Shown here: in pieces, positions 1 through 10,403 of the stretch
How the letters are laid out: every line of letters begins with the position of its first letter
Position numbering within the stretch: position 1 is the first letter of the stretch
Virus record (IMG/VR): IMGVR_UViG_3300021961_005592
Coordinates: 51,210 to 115,209 of that record
DNA length: 64,000 nucleotides
Direction: 5' to 3' (one strand)
Origin: a virus
Made by a program: the position numbers and the translations under genes
The notes under the pieces: model-generated
What the model was told of the DNA's origin: nothing
Seen by the model: only the letters and a program-made list of their open reading frames with translations
Database searches by the model: none

Positions 1-1
1 G

Positions 2-685
2 AGGCCTCACAAGTTTATCTGTTTAAATAGGCGCCCACATGCAGGAAGACTGGCATTAGTATCAGAACTATTTGATTATAAAGATCAAGGACTATTGAGT
101 CTTGGACGAAGTGGTCAAATGTATAAAGGATATTATGAAGAACAAGAAGAATTGTTTATGAAAGGGTATCCTACATCATTTGACAAGTATATTGAAAAAG
201 ATATAAGATCTCATATACCTTTACGTATTAATGATGGAAGAAATCCTGAGTTTGAAAATCCTGTTCATGACTGGGCTACCGAAAAGTTTTTTGACAGTTA
301 TTTACACATATGTCCTGAAACCTATCAATATACTTGTAAAAACAGAACATTTTTCAGTGAGAAAATTTTTAAACCTATCATGTTCTTACAGCCTTTTGTA
401 ATTGTAGGAGAACCGTATGCATTACGTGCATTAAAAAATATGGGATACAAAACTTTTAGTAATTGGATTGACGAAAGTTATGACGGCATTGAAAACAATG
501 ATATGAGATTACGTGCAGCGGTAAGAGCATCTATAGAATTTTTTACAAAGCCTGAAGAAGAATTAAAAGATATTATTTCTGATATGTCTCATGTGTTGAG
601 TCATAATTCATCTATGCTTGTTTATAGATCTCTTATGATTGATTTTGAATTAAAAGAATCACTATGGAGATTCTTAAATGACTAG
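2..685 (+). CDS. Glycosyltransferase-like protein, 5'-truncated at window edge; paralog of 1309..2544
   Basis: Frame is open from base 2 (RPHKFICLNRR...DQGLLS). C-terminal ET...FFSEKIFKPI..QPF..G....L..L...GYKTF...IDESYD motif is shared with three other ORFs. Confidence 0.6.
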   Translation, partial: RPHKFICLNRRPHAGRLALVSELFDYKDQGLLSLGRSGQMYKGYYEEQEELFMKGYPTSFDKYIEKDIRSHIPLRINDGRNPEFENPVHDWATEKFFDSYLHICPETYQYTCKNRTFFSEKIFKPIMFLQPFVIVGEPYALRALKNMGYKTFSNWIDESYDGIENNDMRLRAAVRASIEFFTKPEEELKDIISDMSHVLSHNSSMLVYRSLMIDFELKESLWRFLND

Positions 686-1319
686 ACTGGTTACCTTTGG
701 ATGTTCATATCCCTATGGTCACGGGTTAAAAGACTGTTACAATTCTAAAGATAAAGGATACGGGCCTACACCAAGCAATTTTGCATTTCCAGGATTAATT
801 GCGCAACACTGTAATTTTCAAGATGTTAATTTGAGCAGACCTGGAATTAGCAACAAGGGAATAGTGCATAAAATAATGCAATTTGATTTTGTTAAAGGTG
901 ATATATGTTTATTAGCATGGACTCATGTTGATAGGACTTCTCAGATAACTAAAGACGACGATATTGTTTTTATAGGTCCGTGGCAAACTGACTCACTTTC
1001 AAAAAGTTATTATAAGTATTTTTATGAACATTATGATAATTTGTGGAATACAAAATTGTACATAAACTATGCAAATTTATATTTAAAAAACAAAGGCGTC
1101 CAGGTTATTAATATACAAGGATACAATGCATCTGAACATATAGAATGGAAAGAATTAGTTGATAAAGATATGATTATGACTTATGAAAATGTACATTCAG
1201 AACCTCTTGATCGTGCATTAGACAATGCACATCCGGGAGAAAAAACTCATAAAAGATTTGCAGAATACATGTTAGTTAGATACGGTTATATTTTAAGGAA
1301 AAATAAAGTTGAAAATTGA
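678..1319 (+). CDS. SGNH/GDSL-like hydrolase or acyltransferase
   Basis: N-terminal FGCSY, G.SN block, C-terminal DNAHPG. Confidence 0.6.
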   Translation: MTRLVTFGCSYPYGHGLKDCYNSKDKGYGPTPSNFAFPGLIAQHCNFQDVNLSRPGISNKGIVHKIMQFDFVKGDICLLAWTHVDRTSQITKDDDIVFIGPWQTDSLSKSYYKYFYEHYDNLWNTKLYINYANLYLKNKGVQVINIQGYNASEHIEWKELVDKDMIMTYENVHSEPLDRALDNAHPGEKTHKRFAEYMLVRYGYILRKNKVEN

Positions 1320-2544
1320 TTTGTATTTTGAAAACGATGGAAATAGTTACACTGTTGAAAATAGAAAGCCGTTTCTAAACGGAATACCAAAAAATCTAGT
1401 ATCTAAAGTTATTATTACACCCAAAGGTAGCCCAGCCGAATGTTATTTTGGAATGTTTGACGGTAGTTTTAGAAAAATTTTTTCAGTTAATACAAGTATT
1501 CCTGAAAATAAAAAATTTTTTTATCCTATAATTTTTAGTTTATCTGCATTAGGGGATTATGCTAAACAAATAACAATACAACCAGAAATAGTAAAATTAA
1601 TTAACGAAAATTGGTGTAAAATTTTATTAGTATGTCCTTATGAAGGATGGCCGTGGAGACTTTATGATAAAGTAATAGATGGTATAATAAAAAAATATAA
1701 GATAAAACATTCGCATATTGTCTTAATGACAGCTAAGTTGAATGATCACCCTAAATGCAAAGTAGTCTATTATAACAATTGGGAAGTAGCAGCATCTAAT
1801 AGACGCTTCGCCGAAGATCGATTACTAGGTAGAACAGCAGTTTTGTCTAGTAGTATTAGACCTTATAAGTTTATATGTTTAAATCGTCGAGCAACTGTAC
1901 ACAGATATGGCACAGTGTCACAATTATGGCCTTATAGAGATCAAGGACTACTTAGTTTTTGGCAGCACGGCTTCCACCAAAACGATACTCAGTATATTCG
2001 AGAACAAAAAAATCAATTCTATCATAATATGCCAATTTTAGCACAGTCTTGGATAACGCAGAGGATAGACAATCATATGCCTTTAGCATTGCCTGCTGAC
2101 CTTGATCCGTACGATAGCACAGACAATGAAAACAATCCAACATCTGATCCGCATTCTAAAAAGTTTTACAACAGTTATTTGCATATAGTAACTGAAACAA
2201 CAATGTCTGACGAGGGATTTTTTAGCGAAAAGATATTTAAGCCTGCTATTTATTTCCAGCCATTTGTATTAATAGGACAAAAACACGGTCTTGAAAATCT
2301 AAGAAAAATTGGATATAAAACGTTTTCTAATGTAATAGATGAAAGTTATGATCTAGAACCGGACAATCAAACTCGACTTATAAAGGCTACGAATGCGGCA
2401 ATTGAGTTTACTAAAATTGTCAATAACGATTTGATGCGTAAACTTTTGCCAATACTCGAGCATAATGCAGTCAACTTTATGAATAGAGCAAAAACAATTA
2501 TTAGCACACTGCAAAATGATTTAGCATCATCTTTGGAAAACTAG
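1309..2544 (+). CDS. Glycosyltransferase-like protein (GT10/exostosin-like C-terminal motif)
   Basis: FICLNRR and IVTET...FSEKIFKPAIYFQPFVLIG motifs. Confidence 0.55.
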   Translation: MKIDLYFENDGNSYTVENRKPFLNGIPKNLVSKVIITPKGSPAECYFGMFDGSFRKIFSVNTSIPENKKFFYPIIFSLSALGDYAKQITIQPEIVKLINENWCKILLVCPYEGWPWRLYDKVIDGIIKKYKIKHSHIVLMTAKLNDHPKCKVVYYNNWEVAASNRRFAEDRLLGRTAVLSSSIRPYKFICLNRRATVHRYGTVSQLWPYRDQGLLSFWQHGFHQNDTQYIREQKNQFYHNMPILAQSWITQRIDNHMPLALPADLDPYDSTDNENNPTSDPHSKKFYNSYLHIVTETTMSDEGFFSEKIFKPAIYFQPFVLIGQKHGLENLRKIGYKTFSNVIDESYDLEPDNQTRLIKATNAAIEFTKIVNNDLMRKLLPILEHNAVNFMNRAKTIISTLQNDLASSLEN

Positions 2545-2594
2545 CTTAAAAGTTTGTATAATTAATTAAAACACAGTTTATTTAAGGAGAAGAT

Positions 2595-3824
2595 ATGAAA
2601 GTAGCAATGATTGGTTGCGGAAAACTCGGGCTACCTTGTGCTGAGGTAATGAGCCAACATTATGATGTAGTAGGGTACGATGTAGTAAAAGACCCTGACG
2701 CACAAATTCTGCTGTTAGATTCTATTGAAGAGACTGTAAAAGATAGAGACTTAATTTTTGTAGCAGTTCCAACTCCACACGATCCTAAGTATGGCGGAAG
2801 CAAGCCTATAGCTGAAATGCCCCCAAAAGATTTTGACTATTCAATTGTGCAAAAAGTTTTAAAAGAAATTAATCCGCACGTTAACAAAAATCAATTAGTT
2901 GTGCTAATCAGCACAGTACTACCTGGTACAGTTCGCGCACACTTAGAACCATTAATTACTAATGCACGTTTTATCTACAATCCCTATCTAATTGCAATGG
3001 GATCTGTTAAGTGGGACATGGTAAATCCAGAGTGCTTAATTATTGGTACAGAAGATGGCACTGAAACAGGTGATGCGCAATTACTAGTTGACTTCTACAA
3101 GCCAATTATGGAAAACGATCCTACAGTTAATATTGGTACTTGGGACGAAGCTGAGTCTATTAAAATTTTCTATAATACATTTATTAGCGCAAAAATTGGT
3201 CTTGTAAATATGATACAAGATGTTGCCGAAGCTAATGGAAACATTAATGTTGATGTAGTTACCGATGCACTTAAAAAAGCAACACAACGTATTACAGGGC
3301 CACGCTATTTAACAGCAGGCCTAGGTGACGCTGGAGCATGTCATCCTAGAGACAATATTGCTCTACGTTATCTTGCCGAAAGACTTGATTTAGGTTACGA
3401 TTTATTTCATGCAATTATGCACAGCAGAGACATACAAGCAAACCGTATGGCAAATAAATTAGTTAAAATTGCTAAAGAACGTAGCCTACCAGTAGTTATA
3501 CACGGTCGTGCATACAAGCCTTACGTTCCTTATACTATAGGAAGTTATAGTGAACTAGTAGGGCATTTTGTAGAAGAAGCAGGAGTGCAGCTAACGTATT
3601 CAGATCCTTTAACCGGAGACACAGATCCAATAACAGAACCTAGCGTAATACTATTAGCACACAATGCTAGAGTCACTTATGAAGGCACCGGAGTTGTTGT
3701 AAATAATGATAGTTTCTATTTTATAATACCAAACGGAAGTGTTCTTGTAGATCCTTGGAGAACCACACCTCAAATGGAAGGCATTGAAGTAATACACTAT
3801 GGAAATACAAGACAAACAAAATAA
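2595..3824 (+). CDS. UDP-glucose/GDP-mannose dehydrogenase family protein
   Basis: GxGxxG (IGCGKLG), VAVPTP, STVLPGT, AESIKIFYN, G.GDAGACHPRD; SD AAGGA upstream. Confidence 0.85.
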   Translation: MKVAMIGCGKLGLPCAEVMSQHYDVVGYDVVKDPDAQILLLDSIEETVKDRDLIFVAVPTPHDPKYGGSKPIAEMPPKDFDYSIVQKVLKEINPHVNKNQLVVLISTVLPGTVRAHLEPLITNARFIYNPYLIAMGSVKWDMVNPECLIIGTEDGTETGDAQLLVDFYKPIMENDPTVNIGTWDEAESIKIFYNTFISAKIGLVNMIQDVAEANGNINVDVVTDALKKATQRITGPRYLTAGLGDAGACHPRDNIALRYLAERLDLGYDLFHAIMHSRDIQANRMANKLVKIAKERSLPVVIHGRAYKPYVPYTIGSYSELVGHFVEEAGVQLTYSDPLTGDTDPITEPSVILLAHNARVTYEGTGVVVNNDSFYFIIPNGSVLVDPWRTTPQMEGIEVIHYGNTRQTK

Positions 3825-4899
3825 ATTTTGTAAAGCAATGAGTAATTCCTTAAGTTTTAGAATTCCTGGCGACTCTAATACATTAACATTTAATCCTTGT
3901 TGTCTTTACGACGATTACATACCGTTTCACCCAACCCTCTTTAAAAAAACTAGAGACATGTTTATTGCTTCTGATAAAGATTTTTTGCCTGGTTGCAGCA
4001 AGTGTAAACTAAAAGAAAAAACACATAATACAAGTCATAGGCTTTTAATGAACAGAGATATACCAGACGGCATTGGCACTGATATACACAAATTAGAACT
4101 TGTACTTGATACAACATGTAATGCTGCTTGCATACAATGCGGAACCTTTCAAAGTAGTTTATGGAGGAACGAAGTTGCCTTGCGCGACAAAAATTACAAA
4201 CATATCCAACCAGAATTACAAATAGACGCTAAAGTTAAAATGATTAAAAATAGTATAGACTTTAGCAAAGTTAAAGAGTTTCATTTTTGGGGCGGAGAGC
4301 CTTTACTTACTGACACACATTTAAAATTTTTAAATGAAATTGAAGATCCATCAGATGTTGTTGTTAGATACACAACTAATGGAAGTATATTCCCATCTGA
4401 TGATGTTTTAAAATTATGGGAAAAATTTAAAGAAGTAAAAATTGGCATAAGTACAGACGGTATTGGAGATAGGTTTCATTACATAAGATGGCCATTAAGT
4501 TGGGACAAAGTTTCAAAAAACATAATAAAATTCAAAAATGAAACTCCCTTAAATATAGAATTTTTTGTTAATTGTTGTACAATTCCATTAAATGTTTATT
4601 ATACTAATGAACTTTCAGAATGGTTAGATATTAACTTTAGCAGACATTTAAACGGAACAAAAATTAATTGTAATTATATTAGAGGTGAAGGTATACTAGA
4701 TCTTGCATGTACTCCAGAACCGTTGAGAGAAGTAGTAATAAAAAAATTAGGTGATGATCATGTAATTAGTAAGTTACTAACTGAATTACCAGTATTAGAT
4801 TCTAAACATATGTTAAATCATATTAGGCAATGGGATCCAGTAAGAAAATTAGATTGGAAGAAAACGTTTCCAGAGATAGTGGAATATTTTAATGTTTAA
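3799..4899 (+). CDS. Radical SAM protein with N-terminal SPASM/twitch-like Cys cluster
   Basis: CNAACIQC, GGEP, TTNG; N-terminal PCC...CSKC. Confidence 0.85.
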   Translation: MEIQDKQNKFCKAMSNSLSFRIPGDSNTLTFNPCCLYDDYIPFHPTLFKKTRDMFIASDKDFLPGCSKCKLKEKTHNTSHRLLMNRDIPDGIGTDIHKLELVLDTTCNAACIQCGTFQSSLWRNEVALRDKNYKHIQPELQIDAKVKMIKNSIDFSKVKEFHFWGGEPLLTDTHLKFLNEIEDPSDVVVRYTTNGSIFPSDDVLKLWEKFKEVKIGISTDGIGDRFHYIRWPLSWDKVSKNIIKFKNETPLNIEFFVNCCTIPLNVYYTNELSEWLDINFSRHLNGTKINCNYIRGEGILDLACTPEPLREVVIKKLGDDHVISKLLTELPVLDSKHMLNHIRQWDPVRKLDWKKTFPEIVEYFNV

Positions 4900-6016
4900 C
4901 CCTGATAGACTAGGTTATTATAGAGTTGGCTGGAAAAAATTTTACAACAAAACACTAGCACTACTAGAAAGTAAACAAACAGGATATGATGTTGATTGGA
5001 TATTCAACAACGATGTCTACGGAAAAATTAACTGGACTGTTCCTGTTAATGAAACTCTAGAACAATTATATTTGCGTAGAGCATTACAACTACGCAATGA
5101 CTACGATTACCTTGTTTTATATTTTAGTGGTGGTGCTGATAGTACAAATATCTTAAAGGTATTTGTTGACAACAATATCTTTTTAGACGAAATTGTCATG
5201 CAATACCCTGAACCAACAGTTAAAACATTCAATGAACAAGACAGGTCAAATAAAAATATTTACAGCGAAATTAAATACCAAGCAATCCCAACCATAAACA
5301 ATTTAAAAATAAATCCTAAAACACATATACGGTATCAAGATTTTGCAAAACCATTGCTTGAACTATTAGATAAAGACGATTGGTTTGATCAAATACCTAT
5401 GGGTACTAACATAAGCCCGTCGGGTATTGGTAGGCAAATATCTCAGGTAGTTGAACCTCACATATTAGAACTATGTAGTAAAGGTAAAAATATTGCACAA
5501 ATACTCGGAGTTGACAAACCGTTAGTGTATTCTGATGGTGTCAATTATTTTGCTTATTTTTCAGATGTAAGTGCCATGCATTCGCCCCCGGTAGATTTTA
5601 CACAAAGCGAAGTTTTTAACAATCTGTATCATACTGAATTTTTTTACTGGACACCAGACCTTCCTGAGATTGTAGTCAAGCAAGCACAACTTATTAAAGC
5701 CTATTGTGAAACAAGTGAAGATGCCAAGTTAAAAATTATGTCGTCGATGAAAAAACACATTGGAACATTTAGGCCTTTGCTACATTCAATAATATATTCA
5801 CCAAGCCTTGTAATAGCATGGGATCCTGAGAAACCAAATTCAAAAGTAGTAAGACCAATGGACCAATGGTTTTGGGAGACGGGAACCACAAATCAGGTAG
5901 GAAACTATCGTGCAGTGATAAAATACTTACGAGAAAATACAAATACCAAGCACATGATTGACAATGATATTGAAAACGGACTTTCTGCACATACAACAGG
6001 ATTTTACAAATTATAA
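4892..6016 (+). CDS. PP-loop (N-type ATP pyrophosphatase) family protein
   Basis: LYFSGGADS PP-loop. Confidence 0.6.
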   Translation: MFNPDRLGYYRVGWKKFYNKTLALLESKQTGYDVDWIFNNDVYGKINWTVPVNETLEQLYLRRALQLRNDYDYLVLYFSGGADSTNILKVFVDNNIFLDEIVMQYPEPTVKTFNEQDRSNKNIYSEIKYQAIPTINNLKINPKTHIRYQDFAKPLLELLDKDDWFDQIPMGTNISPSGIGRQISQVVEPHILELCSKGKNIAQILGVDKPLVYSDGVNYFAYFSDVSAMHSPPVDFTQSEVFNNLYHTEFFYWTPDLPEIVVKQAQLIKAYCETSEDAKLKIMSSMKKHIGTFRPLLHSIIYSPSLVIAWDPEKPNSKVVRPMDQWFWETGTTNQVGNYRAVIKYLRENTNTKHMIDNDIENGLSAHTTGFYKL

Positions 6017-6029
6017 GAGGAACCATAAT

Positions 6030-6467
6030 ATGGGAAAAATGAACGAAGTACAAAAAAGAAGTATAGCAAAAGCACTTACAGCAAGAGTAATGTTTACATG
6101 TAGTCATTTAGTAAATGGGTTCATTGTTACTGGTTCTTGGGTTATTGGTGCGCAGATTGTAGGTATTGCAGCAGTTGTGAATCTACTGTTGTTTTGGTTG
6201 CACGAAAGAGTATGGAATTGGGTGCAATGGAACCGTAAACCAGCAGATAACCTATTCTTTTCAGACGGACATCCAAGAACTGTTAGCAAGTCAGCAACAT
6301 GGAGAGCAGTAATCACAATAAACAATTTTGTTATTCCGTACATTACAACAGGATCATGGAAGGCAGCAGCAGCCTTTTTAACTATTGCAACGGTAATGAA
6401 TATTGTACTGTATTACACACATGAAAGAGTGTGGAATAGATTTGCATGGGGGAAAGAAGCAGTATAG
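6030..6467 (+). CDS. DUF2061-like membrane protein (two repeats)
   Basis: Duplicated R(S/T)..K..T.R ... TGSW ... HERVWN unit. Start moved to ATG 6030 after SD GAGGA. Confidence 0.7.
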   Translation: MGKMNEVQKRSIAKALTARVMFTCSHLVNGFIVTGSWVIGAQIVGIAAVVNLLLFWLHERVWNWVQWNRKPADNLFFSDGHPRTVSKSATWRAVITINNFVIPYITTGSWKAAAAFLTIATVMNIVLYYTHERVWNRFAWGKEAV

Positions 6468-6468
6468 A

Positions 6469-6813
6469 ATGAAAGCGTATTGTAAATCTAAAATTCATAG
6501 GGCTACTGTTACTGACGGTAGCCTAAACTACTCTGGTAGTATTACTATTGGCAAAAATATGCTAGATGCTGCTGGTATTGACCTTTATGAATTTGTGCAT
6601 GTTAACAACATTAATAATGCTGCTCACTGGGAAACATATGTTATTGAAGGAAAAGACAATGAAATTATTCTTAACGGAGCACCAGCAAGATTATTTCAAC
6701 CGGGCGATTTAGTAACAATAATGTCCTTAGAGTACAGTGATAAGTTTAAGGAACACACAGTAGTTCTTGTCGATAACAAAAACAACGTAACAGAAATTAA
6801 AAAAATTAGTTAG
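6469..6813 (+). CDS. panD: Aspartate 1-decarboxylase (pyruvoyl)
   Basis: SKIHRATVT, YSG/SITI autocleavage site, ETYVI, LNGAPARL..PGD; ATG at 6469. Confidence 0.92.
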   Translation: MKAYCKSKIHRATVTDGSLNYSGSITIGKNMLDAAGIDLYEFVHVNNINNAAHWETYVIEGKDNEIILNGAPARLFQPGDLVTIMSLEYSDKFKEHTVVLVDNKNNVTEIKKIS

Positions 6814-6814
6814 A

Positions 6815-7687
6815 GTGTTTAAATGTAAGTATCCAATAATCGCAGCACCTATGAATCAGGTGTCTGATCTAAACCTTGCTATTGCGGTGCATAAAGCAGG
6901 CGGGTTTCCTTCCATTAGCGGATACTGCTACAAGAATGCAAATCAATTAATTAACGCTTTAGAGGATTTTGTAAAAATTACAGGATCATCAAATTTAATT
7001 CTTGCTATAGATGAGCACTGGCTACTAAATCCCAACATAATTTCTACTATTAAACGTTTAAACATATCTCACCTTTTCAAATACTTTAATGAAAATCCAA
7101 AATTTCCTTTAGAAACTAAATTAGCATGGCGAGAACCAATTGATAAACTACTAGAAAAATTAGATAGTCAGTTAATTGGAATACTACCTAATTTTAATGA
7201 CATACAAGATTTAGATAAGATATATTTTCTTAAAGGAAATGATGGCGCGGGCAGGCCCGGCGCCGCCACTACAAAAGAATTATTTGACTACCATATACAG
7301 CAAACTCCAAACGCAAAATTAGTTCCAATGGGTGGAGTAGGTACAGCAAGTCAAGTAAAATACTATATAGATAACGGTGCAATTGCAGTTAGTGTTGGCA
7401 CACTATTAGCAGCATCAAAAGAAAGTTGTTTAACAGAAGCAGTTAAACAAGCAATGGTTGCAGCTAGTAATTCTAATTTATCTATATTGGATACAAATCT
7501 AAAGCAGCAAGGGTTAGTTTTTAAGGAGTTTTCTGGATATGATACAGCTAATCACACCAATTCTTTAAAATTGGGTATTAATTCTAACGCAGATGCTGGG
7601 CATATATTTGCTGGTCATGGAATTAACTTTATTAATACAATTGATGATGTTGCGTCTATTATACTGAAGTTAGCAGACAAAATATAA
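6815..7687 (+). CDS. Nitronate monooxygenase / FabK-like FMN-dependent oxidoreductase
   Basis: YPIIAAPM..VS, AV..AGG, GAG, MGGV, GA.AV.VGT...SKES, AGHG. Confidence 0.75.
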   Translation: MFKCKYPIIAAPMNQVSDLNLAIAVHKAGGFPSISGYCYKNANQLINALEDFVKITGSSNLILAIDEHWLLNPNIISTIKRLNISHLFKYFNENPKFPLETKLAWREPIDKLLEKLDSQLIGILPNFNDIQDLDKIYFLKGNDGAGRPGAATTKELFDYHIQQTPNAKLVPMGGVGTASQVKYYIDNGAIAVSVGTLLAASKESCLTEAVKQAMVAASNSNLSILDTNLKQQGLVFKEFSGYDTANHTNSLKLGINSNADAGHIFAGHGINFINTIDDVASIILKLADKI

Positions 7688-7690
7688 ATA
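7683..7690 (+). promoter_or_regulatory. T4-type late promoter TATAAATA
   Basis: Exact TATAAATA 26 nt upstream of ATG 7717. Confidence 0.55.
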
Positions 7691-7716
7691 TATTCATATA
7701 ATGAAAGAAAGGTATA

Positions 7717-8328
7717 ATGCTAAATTATAAGGTATTTAATATTGATGCCCCACACATGACTGAAAGCAGTATATTTGATTTATATCAATACAAAGTGTAC
7801 ATAGGGAAAAACAGTGTAAGTACTAATAATAAAAATAGCTATTGGTACATTGAAGATAACACAGTAATTTCTAAATCAGGTGACGATAGTATTATTGATA
7901 GTGGAATATTGTGTATAGAAATATTTGGATATACACCAGAGACTAGAACTAGCACCTACAGTAGGTATACAGATTTGCCCTACATTAACGGTTGTAGTAG
8001 CAAACAGTTAATACCACCCAACAGGTTAGGTGATCCTACTTGGCAACTTTTACTACTGCCTCAGCATACTAGTGAACAGTCACATCATATTCATTCAACT
8101 GCACGGATAGTATATGTAGCAGAAGGAGAAGGTAAGAGCATCATTGGACAAGATGGTCATACAACTGAAATTAATTTAACTCCAGGCACTGTTATTATTT
8201 TAGATAAAATGGTGCCGCATCATTTTGTCACAACTGACAGCCATTTATTAGTTTTACCTCTGCATGTTTACAGTAGTGTAGCAGGCGAAACAACTCATCC
8301 AATGCGAAGCGGAACACACGAAATATGA
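7717..8328 (+). CDS. Cupin domain protein
   Basis: HHIHST.R.VYV.EG.G ... PG..I.L....PHHF. Confidence 0.75.
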   Translation: MLNYKVFNIDAPHMTESSIFDLYQYKVYIGKNSVSTNNKNSYWYIEDNTVISKSGDDSIIDSGILCIEIFGYTPETRTSTYSRYTDLPYINGCSSKQLIPPNRLGDPTWQLLLLPQHTSEQSHHIHSTARIVYVAEGEGKSIIGQDGHTTEINLTPGTVIILDKMVPHHFVTTDSHLLVLPLHVYSSVAGETTHPMRSGTHEI

Positions 8329-8933
8329 CATCAGAAACAGTATTAGTTGTTGATAGAGAGATTCAACGTATAGCATGTTCTACACCAGAACTTCATCAGG
8401 CAGTAGCATTAGCTGAAGGATTAATTAATTGTGGTGTAAGAGTAGTTTCGTTAGAAAATAATACTTACAATTTTAATGATATTAATATTCACTATCAGTA
8501 TAGTGATGGTAAAATACGGATTTTAAGTCCATATCAAATTCCTAATAATTGGATGGCGTTTCGAACACAGGTAATAGATCGAATAGAACCCTTGCAGATA
8601 TTAATTAATCAAGCAAAAAGTAGAACAAGCGATCTTGATAATTACTACAATACACCAATGTTTACAGCAATTTTAGCAGTTGAATTAGAAAAATGTAAAC
8701 CTAATGAAAATAGGTATTCTTTGGCTATAGAAGAGTGGGCATTGATGCAAGATGTATCTGTTGAAGTTGCGTATAAAGAGTTAAAAATTAAATATGAAGA
8801 TATATCATTAACATACATGAGGAACAACGCACTTTACTCTAGATTTGTAAGAAAAATTAATCAAACTGTTGGGAAAGATAATTTGAAACAAGTTATTAAT
8901 GAGTTTAGTCGTAAATTTGGAATTTTAATATGA
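8325..8933 (+). CDS. Hypothetical protein
   Basis: 202-aa ORF with ATGA overlaps at both ends. Confidence 0.7.
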   Translation: MTSETVLVVDREIQRIACSTPELHQAVALAEGLINCGVRVVSLENNTYNFNDINIHYQYSDGKIRILSPYQIPNNWMAFRTQVIDRIEPLQILINQAKSRTSDLDNYYNTPMFTAILAVELEKCKPNENRYSLAIEEWALMQDVSVEVAYKELKIKYEDISLTYMRNNALYSRFVRKINQTVGKDNLKQVINEFSRKFGILI

Positions 8934-10042
8934 CAAAACAACTCTATATTTGTAATATTGATGTTTTAGAAAATTCAAATAAGCCTGACGTAGCACTATG
9001 GTCAAACATGCATTCGATAGCATCGACCTGGGCTCCGTATATTGACAGGTGTGAATCAATACAAATGCCGTATCGTTTGAAGTTATATGATAAGTTTAAA
9101 ATGCCTAAAGACCTTTCAGGATTTAATTTATCATATGAAGAATGTTGCAATATACAAGCTCAAGAATTTATAGATTTAAGTAAAAAACTAGATAAAAAAA
9201 TTACTATAATGTACTCCGGAGGCATTGATAGCACACTAATAGTAATATTTTTTTTAAAACTACTAGGTGAAAGTGAATTTAAAAATAGAATAGATATTGC
9301 ACTAAGTCAACACAGCATTAGTGAAAATCCTAATTTTTATTATAGATATATTAGACCAATTGGAAACATTATTTCAAGCAATCATTTAACTAATATGTTT
9401 ACTGGTTCAACTATTATAGTAAGCGGCGAACACAATGACCAATTATTTGGAAGTGATCTAATATGTCACGCATCAAATTATTCTGGTTTTGCTGAGATGC
9501 ATAAACCGTATTCGAGAAAACATTTTGTAGGTTTTCTTACTCAATATAAAAGACAAGAAATGACTGAAAAAACTGCTAATTTTTTCTTTGATCTCATTGA
9601 TAATCATATTAAAACTCAAGCACCGTGTGAAGTAACTACTAATTATCACCTATGGTGGTGGCTAAATTTTTCATTCAAATGGCAAAATGTATTTTTTAGA
9701 ATGTTACTTAGAGCTAATAAACTTAACTTTGCAGATATAAATCAATCTTTTGTTGACAATTATTATCATTGTTTTTTCTCTGGAACAAATTTTCAAAAAT
9801 GGAGCATGTTAAACCATAATCTCAAAGTTGTAAACAGTTGGGATACATATAAGTGGGAAGCCAAACGCCTAATTTATGATTTTACCAAGGATAAGGATTA
9901 TCTTAATAAAATTAAAATTGGAAGTTTAGTAGAGATTTTTAGACAACGAGATGCACCAGCTGGGATTACATCTAATTATGAATTTTTAGAAAATCTTAAT
10001 CTTGATGAATTTTATGTTCCTGATAATAGTTTCAGAATATAG
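8930..10042 (+). CDS. PP-loop protein (asparagine synthase C-terminal-like)
   Basis: MYSGGIDST, VSGEHNDQLFG, WWWLNF. Confidence 0.65.
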   Translation: MTKQLYICNIDVLENSNKPDVALWSNMHSIASTWAPYIDRCESIQMPYRLKLYDKFKMPKDLSGFNLSYEECCNIQAQEFIDLSKKLDKKITIMYSGGIDSTLIVIFFLKLLGESEFKNRIDIALSQHSISENPNFYYRYIRPIGNIISSNHLTNMFTGSTIIVSGEHNDQLFGSDLICHASNYSGFAEMHKPYSRKHFVGFLTQYKRQEMTEKTANFFFDLIDNHIKTQAPCEVTTNYHLWWWLNFSFKWQNVFFRMLLRANKLNFADINQSFVDNYYHCFFSGTNFQKWSMLNHNLKVVNSWDTYKWEAKRLIYDFTKDKDYLNKIKIGSLVEIFRQRDAPAGITSNYEFLENLNLDEFYVPDNSFRI

Positions 10043-10099
10043 TTTTAGCATAAATATATTAAAGATTAACTAACACTGTTAACATAAAGGAATAATAAC

Positions 10100-10384
10100 A
10101 TGAGTATTACACTTAAAATGTCTAAGGTTAGACCTTCAGAAAACGTACCTTTTTACACTTTCAGTAAAGAGTATATTGATCTCCAACGTTCAAATCCAAA
10201 TATTACTAGAACGATAAATGCAGTTGACCCAACTACTGTAGAAGTTACATTAACTTTTTCTAATAAGGATGTATTTGATGCATGGAAAACAAATCCTATT
10301 GTAGTTTCAGAAATATCAAAATCAAAAGAATATTCTAACTTAATAGGAATTACTAGAACTATAGAAAAAGTAATAACACCATAA
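10100..10384 (+). CDS. Small hypothetical protein with its own late-type promoter
   Basis: CATAAATA at 10049-10056 and SD AAGGAA precede a 94-aa ORF. Confidence 0.7.
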   Translation: MSITLKMSKVRPSENVPFYTFSKEYIDLQRSNPNITRTINAVDPTTVEVTLTFSNKDVFDAWKTNPIVVSEISKSKEYSNLIGITRTIEKVITP

Positions 10385-10403
10385 ACGTGGGTTAGGTTGC
10401 GAT

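Noticed and set aside
2533-2562. Sigma70 promoter TTGGAA-N18-TATAAT before the dehydrogenase
   Set aside because: Weak -35 and long spacer in very AT-rich DNA; could be chance.
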